From the NCBI GenBank assembly GCA_963718525.1, contig OY970355.1, forward strand, positions 1,952,001 through 2,016,000: a stretch of 64,000 nucleotides of DNA, given 5' to 3'. This DNA is from Candidatus Dormiibacterota bacterium. GTDB taxonomy: Bacteria; Chloroflexota; Dormibacteria; Aeolococcales; Aeolococcaceae. Shown one piece after another: positions 1 through 9,346 of the stretch. The position numbers were made by a program, and so were the translations under genes. Positions within the stretch are counted from its first letter, which is position 1. Each line of letters starts with the position of its first letter. The notes beneath the pieces were generated by a model, which worked only from the letters and a program-made list of their open reading frames with translations, made no database searches and had not been told where the DNA came from.

Positions 1-1
1 C

Positions 2-994
2 GGCGACGACGCAGACGACGCGATGCGGCTTGCGGTCACCCACCTCGGGCCTAAACTCCGATCCCTGCCCGATGGGGAAACCGGTGACCGGCACAACTGG
101 ATCATCCACATCATCGAGGGGATGCGCACCCATCCCGACCTCGAGTTGAAGAAGGACGGCGACTGGTCCGACTACGACAAGATCCCCGTCTTTCGCGTGC
201 GTCGAGGGCACACGTTGCGGCCGGAGACTCTCGACTTCGGACACGTCACCGCATTCGAAGCGAACTGGCCTGCATTCTTGAAGGTGCGCGAGGAGCAGCA
301 GAACCCGGCGCTGGCATTCCAGTCGGGTGTCCCCGGCGACCTTGACATGGCGCTCTTCACGCTCGGACCGCTCGGCGTGTTGCGTCATCGCTCCGCCTTC
401 CGCCGGGCGACTCTCCGCGAGATTCGTGAGATCCACCGCCGGGGTGGGAAAGATGTCGTCTTTCAGATCGAGATCCCGGCTGAGCTCGCATTCGTCGCGC
501 GGACGCCCGGGCCGTTGCGTCCGCTGATGGCGAAACTCCTCGGCCGCGGCGTTGCACGTCTGGCACGCCAGTCGCCGGCGGGGGCGCGGTTCGGCATTCA
601 CCTGTGCCTGGGTGACATGAACCACCGGGCGCTGGCTTCGATGCCTGACACGGCTCCGGTGGTGCTCCTCGCCAACGCAATCGTCAAGGCGTGGCCGGCC
701 GGACGGCCGCTGGAGTTCATCCATGCTCCCTTCGCGGCTGCGGAGAAGGAGCCTCGCACCGATCCCGCGTGGTACGCGCCGCTGCAGCGGCTCAAGCTCC
801 CGGGGACCACGCGATTCGCCGCCGGCTTCGTCCATGAGGACCAGGACCTCGAGGTGCAGCGACAGCTCCGAAGCCTGATCGAGGGGAACGTCGGCCGTGA
901 GGTCGATGTCTCAACCTCGTGCGGACTCGGGCGGCGCACACGTCCGGCAGCGATGGCGGCTCTCGAACGCACGGCGGCGCTGACAGGCGACTGA
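2..994 (+). CDS. MetE/UROD-like TIM-barrel protein (Zn-binding, methionine synthase C-terminal-like); probably 5'-truncated by the window edge
   Basis: LPDGETG near the N-terminus, HLC(LGD) and C-terminal SCGLG metal-ligand motifs; frame is open from base 2 (GDDADDA-M). Confidence 0.6.
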   Translation, partial: GDDADDAMRLAVTHLGPKLRSLPDGETGDRHNWIIHIIEGMRTHPDLELKKDGDWSDYDKIPVFRVRRGHTLRPETLDFGHVTAFEANWPAFLKVREEQQNPALAFQSGVPGDLDMALFTLGPLGVLRHRSAFRRATLREIREIHRRGGKDVVFQIEIPAELAFVARTPGPLRPLMAKLLGRGVARLARQSPAGARFGIHLCLGDMNHRALASMPDTAPVVLLANAIVKAWPAGRPLEFIHAPFAAAEKEPRTDPAWYAPLQRLKLPGTTRFAAGFVHEDQDLEVQRQLRSLIEGNVGREVDVSTSCGLGRRTRPAAMAALERTAALTGD

Positions 995-1065
995 TTCGGA
1001 GGCACAGGCCACCGAGGCCCGCAGGTTGTCGCGATCCGATCTGAAGCTCGCGTACGCTTGCGCGC

Positions 1066-4000
1066 ATGAACTGCGCGGCGTGCGGGGCGGAGAACCGAGC
1101 GGGACGGCGATTCTGCGGCCAGTGCGGTGCCGCCATGGCCCGACAGTGCCCATCCTGCGGAGCGGCAAACGACGAGACCGAGCGCTTCTGCGGGGATTGC
1201 GGATCGCCGCTGACGACAGCCCCCGTTGCCGGTCAAGCTCACATAACGCCCAGACAGGAGATCGCACCGCCGACGGTGCAGGCAACGGCCGAGCGGCGTC
1301 ACATCAGCGTCCTGTTCGCCGACCTGGTCGGCTTCACGACGCTCTCCGAACATCGTGACGCCGAGGATGTTCGCGAGCTCCTGACCCAGTATTTCACCAC
1401 TGCCCGAACCATCATCGGTCGCTACGGCGGAACGGTGGAGAAGTTCATCGGCGACGCGGTGATGGCCGTGTGGGGAGCGGAGTCGATCCAGGAGAATGAC
1501 GCCGAGCGTGCGGTACGCGCCGCGCTCGACCTGGTCGATGCGGTGGCGGTCTTCGGGGACCAGGTGGGTGCGCCGGGCCTGCGTGCAAGGGCGGGCGTGC
1601 TCACCGGTGAGGCCGCGGTCACCCTCGGCGTGAGCGGCGAGGGGAGCGTCGCTGGCGACCTCGTCAACACTGCCTCGCGCGTGCAGTCGGTGGCGGAGCC
1701 AGGGACCGTGTACGTCGGCGATGCGACGCGCCAGGCCAGCGAGGCGGCCATCATCTACGCGGCGGTCGGGGCGCACCAGCTGAAGGGAAAGCCGCAGCCG
1801 GTGCATCTCTGGCGCGCCGAGCGGGTGGTGGCGGCAACGGGCGGCGCGCTGCGGCCCACCGGGCTCGAACCGCCATTTGTCGGACGCGACCGGGAGTTGC
1901 GCCTGCTCAAGGAGTTGCTCCACGGCACCGGCGAGGAGCGCACCGCGCGATTGATGTCGATCGTCGGTGTCGCCGGCGTCGGCAAATCACGGCTGGCGTG
2001 GGAGTTCTTCAAGTACCTCGACGGGGTTTCCGAGCAGATCTGGTGGCATCGAGGTCGCTGCCTCGCCTACGGAGAGGGCGTGGCCTACTGGGCGCTCAAC
2101 GAGATGGTTCGCATGCGCGCGGGCATCATCGAGAACGAGCCACCTGAGAGCGCTCGCGCCAAACTTCGTAAGACTGTCGAGGAGTTCGTGCCCGAGGCGG
2201 AGGAGCGGCGTTGGGTCGAGCCGCGGCTGGCGCACCTTGTCGGCCTCGAGGAAGGCCTGGCAACAGATCCGCGCGACCTGTATGCGGCCTGGCGGTTCTT
2301 CTTCGAACGTCTGGCGACGCAGTACCTGACCGTTCTGGTTTTTGAGGACCTGCAGTGGGCCGACAGTGGATTGCTCGACTTCATCGAGTACCTGTTGGAG
2401 TGGTCGCGGTCGTCGCCCATCCTCGTGATCACGCTCGCGCGACCGGACCTCGGTGAACGCCGCCCCGGATGGGGAACCGGCAAACGGGGACTCTCCTCTC
2501 TGTACCTCGACCCGCTGAACCCGGACGCGATGAGCCAGCTCCTCGCAGGAACTCGTTCCCGGCCTCCCTGCGGAGTTGAGCGTCCGGATCCGCGAGCGCG
2601 CCGCAGGGATTCCGCTGTATGCGGTGGAAACCGTTCGAATGCTGCTCGACCGCGGGCTGGTCGTGGAGGAGGGTGGCCGATTCCGCGCTACCGGCTCGCT
2701 CGACGCGCTCGAAGTCCCGGAGAGCCTGCACGCGTTGATTGCAGCGCGGCTGGACAGCCTCGACCCGACGGAGCGGCAGCTGCTGCAGGACGCAGCGGTT
2801 CTCGGAAAGTCGTTCACAGCACACGCGATCACCGCCATCTCCGGTGTCGAGCCGGCCGAGGTTGCGCGCGTCCTCAGCAGCCTTGCCAACAAGGATATTC
2901 TCGCGATCCAGTCGGATCCGAGATCGCCGGAACGAGGTCAATACGTCTTCGTGCAGGACCTCGTGCGAAGCGTTGCCTATGGGACGCTCGCGCGGCGCGA
3001 TCGCAAGCTCCGCCATGTTGCAGCCGCGACGTACCTCGAGAGTTCCTGGTCCGAGGAAGAGGAGGTCGCGGAGGTTGTGGCGTCGCATCTGGTCGAGGCG
3101 CACGCGGCCGACCCCGATGCCGATGACGCGGGAGAGATTCGAGATCGAGCCCGTGCCGCCCTGGTCCGGGCTGGAGACCATGCGGTCGCACTCGCCGCGG
3201 CGGATTCAGCGCAATCGTATTTCGAGCGAGCACTGACGCTGGGCGGCGATGAGCAGTCGCAGGCGGACCTCCACGCACGGGCGGGACTGGCTGCCCAACG
3301 ACGAGCCCGCCCGACCGCCGCGAGGCATCACTTCGAAAGCGCCTGCGCTCTCTATGAAGGGTTGGGGCAGACGGTTCCGACCGCGCGTTACCTTGCGCGC
3401 CTGGCTCGCGTCGACCACATGGAGGGGAAGCGCGCAACCGGAATCGAACGGCTTCGACGGGCGGTGGCGATGCTTGAAGGACCCGACGACGGTGATCAGG
3501 ACCGGGAAGCCGCGCTCGCCCTGATCAGCGCGCAACTCGGATCGATGCTCTATTTCAGTGGCGACCTGGATGAAGCGCTTGCAATTGCTGAACGCGCGCT
3601 GCAGATCGCTGAGATGGTCGACGTCCCCAACGCATTCGTCAACGCGCTCAACACGCGTGCCAACATCCTCGCTTCCCGAGGGAGGCGCGACGAAGCAGAA
3701 CTGCTCCTCGACGGAGCCCTGCAATTCGCGAACAGCCGGAGCGTCGACGCAGACATCTTGCAGACCATCCAGGTGAACCTGGCATCAGTTCTGGAAGAGG
3801 GTGACCAACTCGAGGCGTGTCTCGAGCACTACCAGCAGAGTGAGATGCTCGCCGAGAGGATGGGTGATCGCGTCGGTGCAGTGTTCGCGCGAATGACACG
3901 CGCCAACACCCTCCTCGAGCTCGGGCGGTGGGACGAATACGCTGGGCTGTATCGCGACTATCTCGAGAATGACGCGCCTGACGTGACGGCGGACCTCACC

Positions 4001-4663
4001 CTCGCGAGCTTGCTCACCAGCGTCGTCTGGCTACAGCTTCGCCGTGGGGATGTGGACGCCGCGCGTTCCGTCGTCGCCGAGTTGGCCAATTACGTCCTGA
4101 GCGGGGTTGAGCAACGCGCGTCCCTCGACGCCGTTCGGGCGGCACTGGCATCCGCCGAGGGGCGCTGGGTTGACGCGCTGTCGTCGGCAGAAGGCGGTCT
4201 CCACTCCTGTCTCGAGCAGTCGTTTCCTGTCGTTGTCTGCCTCAACCTCGTCGAGGCCGCCCATGCGGCATTTGCGCTCGGACGGGATGACAAAGTCCAG
4301 GAGCTGATCGATACCGTACGCGCTCATTACCGGCCAGGACGGCAGCGTGCCATCGACGCGCACATCCACCGCTGGCGCGGTGCACTCGCCGCGCATCGCG
4401 GCGATGAGACCGAGGCCGCTGATCATTTCGCGCAGGCGCTGGAGGCCTTTGCCTCGCTGACACGGCCGTTCTGGATGGCGGTCACGCAACTCGAGTTCGC
4501 CGAATTGCTGGTCCACAACAACCACGACGGCGAAGCCGCTGAGTTGCTCATCAGTGCGCGATCCGGCTTTACCCGACTTGGTGCAGCGCCGTGGATCGAG
4601 CGCGTCGACGCTTCAGCCCGGAGGACCCGGGGCGGGATGACCGAAGTGAGATCGGCCGTATGA
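1066..4663 (+). CDS. Double zinc ribbon + class III adenylate/guanylate cyclase + AAA (STAND) ATPase + TPR protein, split by a 1-bp insertion at ~2551
   Basis: Four CxxC pairs; VLFADLVGFT, KFIGDAVMA, GDLVNTASR; Walker A GVAGVGKS, Walker B LVFEDLQWAD; removing one A from GGAACTC joins ORFs 1066..3126 and 2576..4663 as LLAGLVPGLPAEL. Confidence 0.9.
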
Positions 4664-5630
4664 CGTGCGCCGCCTGCGGCACCGAGAATCGCGCCGGGGC
4701 TCGCTTCTGCGTCCAGTGCGGAGCGATGCTGTCGCGCGCCTGCGCCGCATGCGGTGCCGCATACAACGAGGGCGAACGGTTCTGCGCGTCGTGCGGCGCC
4801 CCGTTGTCCGCTGAGTCCTCAGCGCCGAAGCCCTTCGTTGCATCAGCTCGAGCAGAGCCATCATCACGCCTCTCGGAACGCCGGCATGTCACAGTGCTCT
4901 TCGCGGATCTGGTCGGTTTCACTCCGCTCTCGCAGCAGCGCGACGCGGAGGATGTCCGCGACCTTCTCAGCCGCTACTTCGACACTGCGCGGACCATCAT
5001 CGCGCGTTATGGCGGGACAGTTGAGAAGTTCATCGGCGACGCGGTCATGGCCGTGTGGGGAGTTCCCGCGGTACTCGAGAACGATGCCGAGCGCGCGGTC
5101 CGCGCTGCGCTCGAGTTGGTCGACGCCGTCGCCGCGTTCAGCGAAGAGGTCGGAGTGCCGGGGTTGCGAGCTCGCGCCGGTCTGTTGACCGGTGAGGTCG
5201 CGGTGAATCTCGGGATCGCCGGCGAAGGCATGGTCGCGGGCGATCTCGTCAATACCGCTTCACGCGTGCAGACCGTCGCCGAGCCGGCGCGCGCCTCACG
5301 CCGGTCGTCGCCCCGATCGTCCACGCACACATCCAGCGATTCCACGCGCGGGTCGCGGCGGTCGAGGACCGGAACGACGATGTTGTCCCCAACTTTCAAG
5401 CGGCGATCGAAACTTTCCAGCAGCGACAGCTGCCCTTCTGGCTCGCGGTGACCCGCCTGGAACTCTCCGAGTGGTTGGTGCAGCACGGCAAATCTGCCGA
5501 TGCCGCCGGGATGCTGGCCGAGGCGCGAGCGACGTTTGCCGCACTGGGCGCGGCGCCGTGGATCGAGCGCGCTGACGGAGCCGCCGGAAGCCCGTCGGCT
5601 TCAAAAGAACAGACAGCGCTGCCTGCCTGA
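4660..5630 (+). pseudogene. Second cyclase-AAA-TPR paralog with a large out-of-frame internal deletion
   Basis: ATGA overlap with the upstream gene; Zn ribbon and cyclase to RVQTVAEP (~5286), then another frame reads ARLTPVVAPIVHAHIQRF...PFWLAVTRLE...LGAAPWIER, matching the extreme C-terminus of paralog 1. Confidence 0.8.
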
Positions 5631-5635
5631 CGGCC

Positions 5636-7363
5636 GTGACCGATACCGTAGGCGTCACCGACCAGGCTGCAGCGCCGAAGGCGAAGATCGGCTACCGCGC
5701 CCTCTTCCGCAATCGCGACTATCGCTTCCTCTACTCGGGGCTCGCGATCTCGATGAGCGGTTCGTGGGCATACAACGTCGGCCTGGTGGTGTTCGTCTTC
5801 AACGCCACGCATTCGCCTGCCTGGGTGGCCGCGGCGTCGATGACCCGGTTTCTCTGCGCGCTCGTTGCCAGTCCCTTCGGCGGATTGATCGCCGACCGGA
5901 TAGAGCGCATGCGGTTGATGGTGACGCTCGACTCCATCTCGACGGTGCTCCAAGCCGCCCTCGCCGTCGTCGCAGTGTTGAATGGGCCGGTCATCATCGC
6001 CATTGTTCTCGCGGCGCTGACGTCGGTCACCGGCTCTTCGTACGACCCGGCGGCTCGGGCTGCAACGCCGGTCATCGTGGGCGAGGAGTACCTGGCGGCT
6101 GCCAACAGCGCGCAGTCGGCCGTGGAGAACCTCTCCGTGATCGTCGGTCCCGCGATTGCAGGCGTGCTCCTCCTGTTCACCCCGCCGGCGACCGTCTTCG
6201 GGATCAACGCCGCCTCCTTCGCGCTGTCTGCGTTGCTGGTGTCTCGCATACGTGTCAAGAGCCGCCCCGCCGACATCACCGAGGGAGGCACCGTCAGTCC
6301 GCTCAAGCAGATGGCGGGCGGCATCGCCGCATTCTTCGATTCGCCCACCGTGATGCTGCTCGCCGGGTTCAGCATCCTTGCGAGTTTCGTCTACGGCACC
6401 GACACCGTGCTGTTCGTCGTGATCAGCCGTGACCAACTCGGCACCGGGAGCGCCGGGTACGGCTACCTGCTGGCGGCGCTCGGCGTTGGCGGCATCCTGA
6501 TCGCTGGCTTCATGAATCGCATCGCTGCCGCCCGGCAACTCGGAGCGATCATCGTCGCCGGCATGGCGGTGTACTGCCTGCCCACCGCATTGCTGACGAT
6601 CGTGCATGCACCGTGGGTCGCGTTTCTCCTCGAGGTCGTCCGCGGTGCGGGGACCATCGTTGTCGACGTCCTTGCGATCACCGCCTTGCAGCGTCTGGTC
6701 AAGCCGGATGTGGTCGCGCGCGTCTTCGGCGTGTTCTTTGCGCTCGTGCTCGCGGCGATCGCGCTCGGCGCGCTGCTCATGCCGATCCTGCTCGGCACTG
6801 TGGGGTTGGCCACGACGCTGCTGATCATGGGATTCGCGATACCTGCACTCACCGCCGCGTCGTATCCGTGGCTCCGCACCCTCGACACTCGGGCGCTCAG
6901 TGAGCTGTCCGCTATCGAGCCGATCGTTGCCAGGCTCCAGGCGCTCGACATCTTTGCCGGTGCCACCCGCGCCGCGTTGGAGAACATCGCTCGGTCTGCG
7001 GTGGAGGAGTCCATTGCACCCGGGAGCGTCCTCATTCGCGAGGGCGCCGAAGCGGATGACTTCTTCGTGCTGACCTCGGGTCAGGTGTCGGTGAGCGCCG
7101 CGGGCGAGTCCGGTGTCGAGCGCTCGCTGGGCAAGCTCGAGCCGCCGAATTACTTCGGCGAGATCGGACTTCTGGAGCACCGGCCGAGGACAGCCACGGT
7201 GACGACGATCACCCCATGCACCGTGCTACGTATCAACGGCACCACGTTCGTGGATGCTCTGACCCACACTCCGCTTGCGCCCAGCGCGCTCGGCGGCGTG
7301 CAGATGCGGCTCGCGCGGACACATCCGTCGGTGAAGATGACCTTCGGGCAGAACGGCGAGTAG
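5636..7363 (+). CDS. MFS transporter (Mef/TetV-like, MFS_3) fused to a C-terminal cyclic-nucleotide-binding domain
   Basis: About 12 hydrophobic segments, GLIADRIER motif A; C-terminal LIREGAEADDFFVL...FGEIGLL...PRTATV cNMP signature. Confidence 0.9.
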   Translation: MTDTVGVTDQAAAPKAKIGYRALFRNRDYRFLYSGLAISMSGSWAYNVGLVVFVFNATHSPAWVAAASMTRFLCALVASPFGGLIADRIERMRLMVTLDSISTVLQAALAVVAVLNGPVIIAIVLAALTSVTGSSYDPAARAATPVIVGEEYLAAANSAQSAVENLSVIVGPAIAGVLLLFTPPATVFGINAASFALSALLVSRIRVKSRPADITEGGTVSPLKQMAGGIAAFFDSPTVMLLAGFSILASFVYGTDTVLFVVISRDQLGTGSAGYGYLLAALGVGGILIAGFMNRIAAARQLGAIIVAGMAVYCLPTALLTIVHAPWVAFLLEVVRGAGTIVVDVLAITALQRLVKPDVVARVFGVFFALVLAAIALGALLMPILLGTVGLATTLLIMGFAIPALTAASYPWLRTLDTRALSELSAIEPIVARLQALDIFAGATRAALENIARSAVEESIAPGSVLIREGAEADDFFVLTSGQVSVSAAGESGVERSLGKLEPPNYFGEIGLLEHRPRTATVTTITPCTVLRINGTTFVDALTHTPLAPSALGGVQMRLARTHPSVKMTFGQNGE

Positions 7364-7397
7364 CAACGATTCCATGTGGCGAGGTGACAATCCACCT

Positions 7398-8264
7398 GTG
7401 CACATCGGCGTCGTCTACCCGCAGACGGAGCTCGGTGGAGACCCCGCCGCGGTTCGGCAGATCGGAAGGGCGGTGGAGGACCTTGGGTTCACCCACCTGC
7501 TCGCCTACGACCACGTGCTCGGTGCCGTTCACGCCGATCGTTCGCCTCAGCTGACGGGGCCGTACACCGAGCACGACCCCTTTCACGACCCGTTCGTGAT
7601 GTTCGCCTTTCTGGCGGCCATCACCAAGCGAATCGGCTTCACGACTGGAGTCCTCATCCTTCCGCAGCGTCAGACAGCTCTTGTCGCGCGCCAGGCCGCC
7701 GATGTCGACCTCCTCTCGGGCGGCCGGCTACGACTTGGCGTCGGCATCGGCTGGAACCCGGTCGAGTACGAGGCGCTCGGGCAGGACTTCCACACCCGCG
7801 GCTCACGTCAGGAGGAGCAGATCACCCTGCTCCGCCGGCTTTTCAGCGAGCCTGTCGTTGAATTCTCGGGTCGCTTCGACCGAGTTGACAGAGCGGCTCT
7901 CGTGCCGAAGCCGACGAGGTCGATACCGATCTGGCTCGGTGGATCCAGCGAGGCCGCGTTCGACCGTGCCGCCCGCCTCGCGGACGGCTTCATCTTCATC
8001 GGCGGTGACATCGACCGCAGCCTCGAGGCGTGGAGGCGGCTGCGAGAACGAATTCGCGGCCACGGCAGGTCGGTTGACGATTTTGGCGGGGAATATGTGG
8101 TCCGTCCTCGCAGCGGCATTGACGGCCTCAAAGCGGACATCGACGTCTGGCGCGAGGCGGGTGGTTCTCATGTCTCGGTGGTCACCATGGGCATGGGCCT
8201 GGAGTTGATCGACTCCCACGTTGACTACCTGGCGAAGGTGGCGGAGGGACTGGACTTGGCGTGA
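7398..8264 (+). CDS. LLM-class F420-dependent oxidoreductase
   Basis: YDHVLG, TGVLILPQRQTALVARQAADVDLLSGGRLRLGVGIGWN; start placed at GTG 7398. Confidence 0.85.
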   Translation: MHIGVVYPQTELGGDPAAVRQIGRAVEDLGFTHLLAYDHVLGAVHADRSPQLTGPYTEHDPFHDPFVMFAFLAAITKRIGFTTGVLILPQRQTALVARQAADVDLLSGGRLRLGVGIGWNPVEYEALGQDFHTRGSRQEEQITLLRRLFSEPVVEFSGRFDRVDRAALVPKPTRSIPIWLGGSSEAAFDRAARLADGFIFIGGDIDRSLEAWRRLRERIRGHGRSVDDFGGEYVVRPRSGIDGLKADIDVWREAGGSHVSVVTMGMGLELIDSHVDYLAKVAEGLDLA

Positions 8265-8443
8265 GCACAGCGCACGCACGAGTGCGGGGAGAAATGGGTC
8301 AGTATGCTGCCTGCACCGGCTCGTCTCTCTCATCGTCGTCGTGCGCGCTGACTGCGGCCAGCAGCACTGGATCCGCGAAATCGAACCCGGCGTGTAGGAG
8401 GAGATCCTCACGGAGTTTCCATCGATCCCAGGAGTGCAAATAT

Positions 8444-9004
8444 ATGACCACCATGAGCCGGCCCGCAGGAGCGCCAACCATTCGCTTTGACGCCACGCTG
8501 TACACGATCGATACATCGACTCTCGTGCGCTTGCCTGAGACCGCGAGCAGGAAACTGCCGTCGCGCGGGCAGGTGGCCGTGAAGGGAACGATCAATGGCC
8601 ATGGGTTTCACGCGGTGTTGGAACCAGACGGCTCGTTTGGCCACTGGATGCGGATTGATCGAAAGCTACAAAAAACTGCTGCCATACGGACGGGTGACAC
8701 CGCAACACTCGAAATTCAGTTGCTCAAAGACTGGCCGGAGCCGAAGGTGCCACAGGATCTCGAGACAGCGCTGGCAGCTGCCCCTCAGAAGATCCAGGAT
8801 CTCTGGACCACTATTACTCCGATGGCGCGCTGGGAATGGGTTCGATGGGTCAACGCAACCTCAAACCCCGATACGCGCAAACGACGGGTCGAAGTGAGCA
8901 TCTCGAAAATGCAAAGCGGGAAGAGGCGGCCCTGTTGTTTCAACCTTGCCGCATGTACCGACCCGAACCTGTCCAAAAATAGCAAGCTCATTGACCCGGC
9001 GTGA
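8444..9004 (+). CDS. DUF1905 + YdeI/OmpD-associated domain protein
   Basis: RGQVAVKGTING, VPQDLETAL, ARWEWVRWV...TRKRR; CAGGAG SD before ATG 8444. Confidence 0.8.
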   Translation: MTTMSRPAGAPTIRFDATLYTIDTSTLVRLPETASRKLPSRGQVAVKGTINGHGFHAVLEPDGSFGHWMRIDRKLQKTAAIRTGDTATLEIQLLKDWPEPKVPQDLETALAAAPQKIQDLWTTITPMARWEWVRWVNATSNPDTRKRRVEVSISKMQSGKRRPCCFNLAACTDPNLSKNSKLIDPA

Positions 9005-9170
9005 TCTGTCCGGGTAACACCGCGGTTCGGTAATTCCCGAGCCGAACTCGCTCACCCGAGCTGGCAGTCGCGTTCGCAACATCAACTGAACACAAGCTGC
9101 TCGGAGTGGCACGCGCAAGCACACAATCGAGGCCACCCGCTCCCCTCCATCTCAGTATATCAGCGCACCC

Positions 9171-9206
9171 GGGACTTGCGGCAAGCGCGGGGGCGTGCTG
9201 CAGAAT
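9171..9206 (+). promoter_or_regulatory. Rifamycin-associated element (RAE)-like palindrome overlapping a candidate -35
   Basis: GGGA-CTTGC-G-GCAAG-CGCG at 9171-9189 (perfect CTTGC/GCAAG core); TTGCGG then 19 nt then CAGAAT; upstream of a Rox-like monooxygenase. Confidence 0.7.
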
Positions 9207-9346
9207 CGCTGGCCGAGACCAAGAATCTCCAGCACTGGGAGGCTCGACGTGCGGATGTTGTTGTCGATGGACGGGGCGCGCGCTGACGTCGAACCAATGG
9301 TGGGGCTCGCGGTTCACCTGCTGACGAATGGCCGGGAGGTGCAAGT

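Noticed and set aside
5396-7180. Long antisense or alternate-frame ORFs (also 13020..14561, 44586..45992, 54615..56066, 58506..60437)
   Set aside because: Shadows of real high-GC genes; Arg-rich with no motifs
9005-9110. Imperfect hairpins here and at 11680-11730 as possible ncRNAs
   Set aside because: GC-rich stems with no recognisable family motif or U-tract; cannot be supported without covariation data
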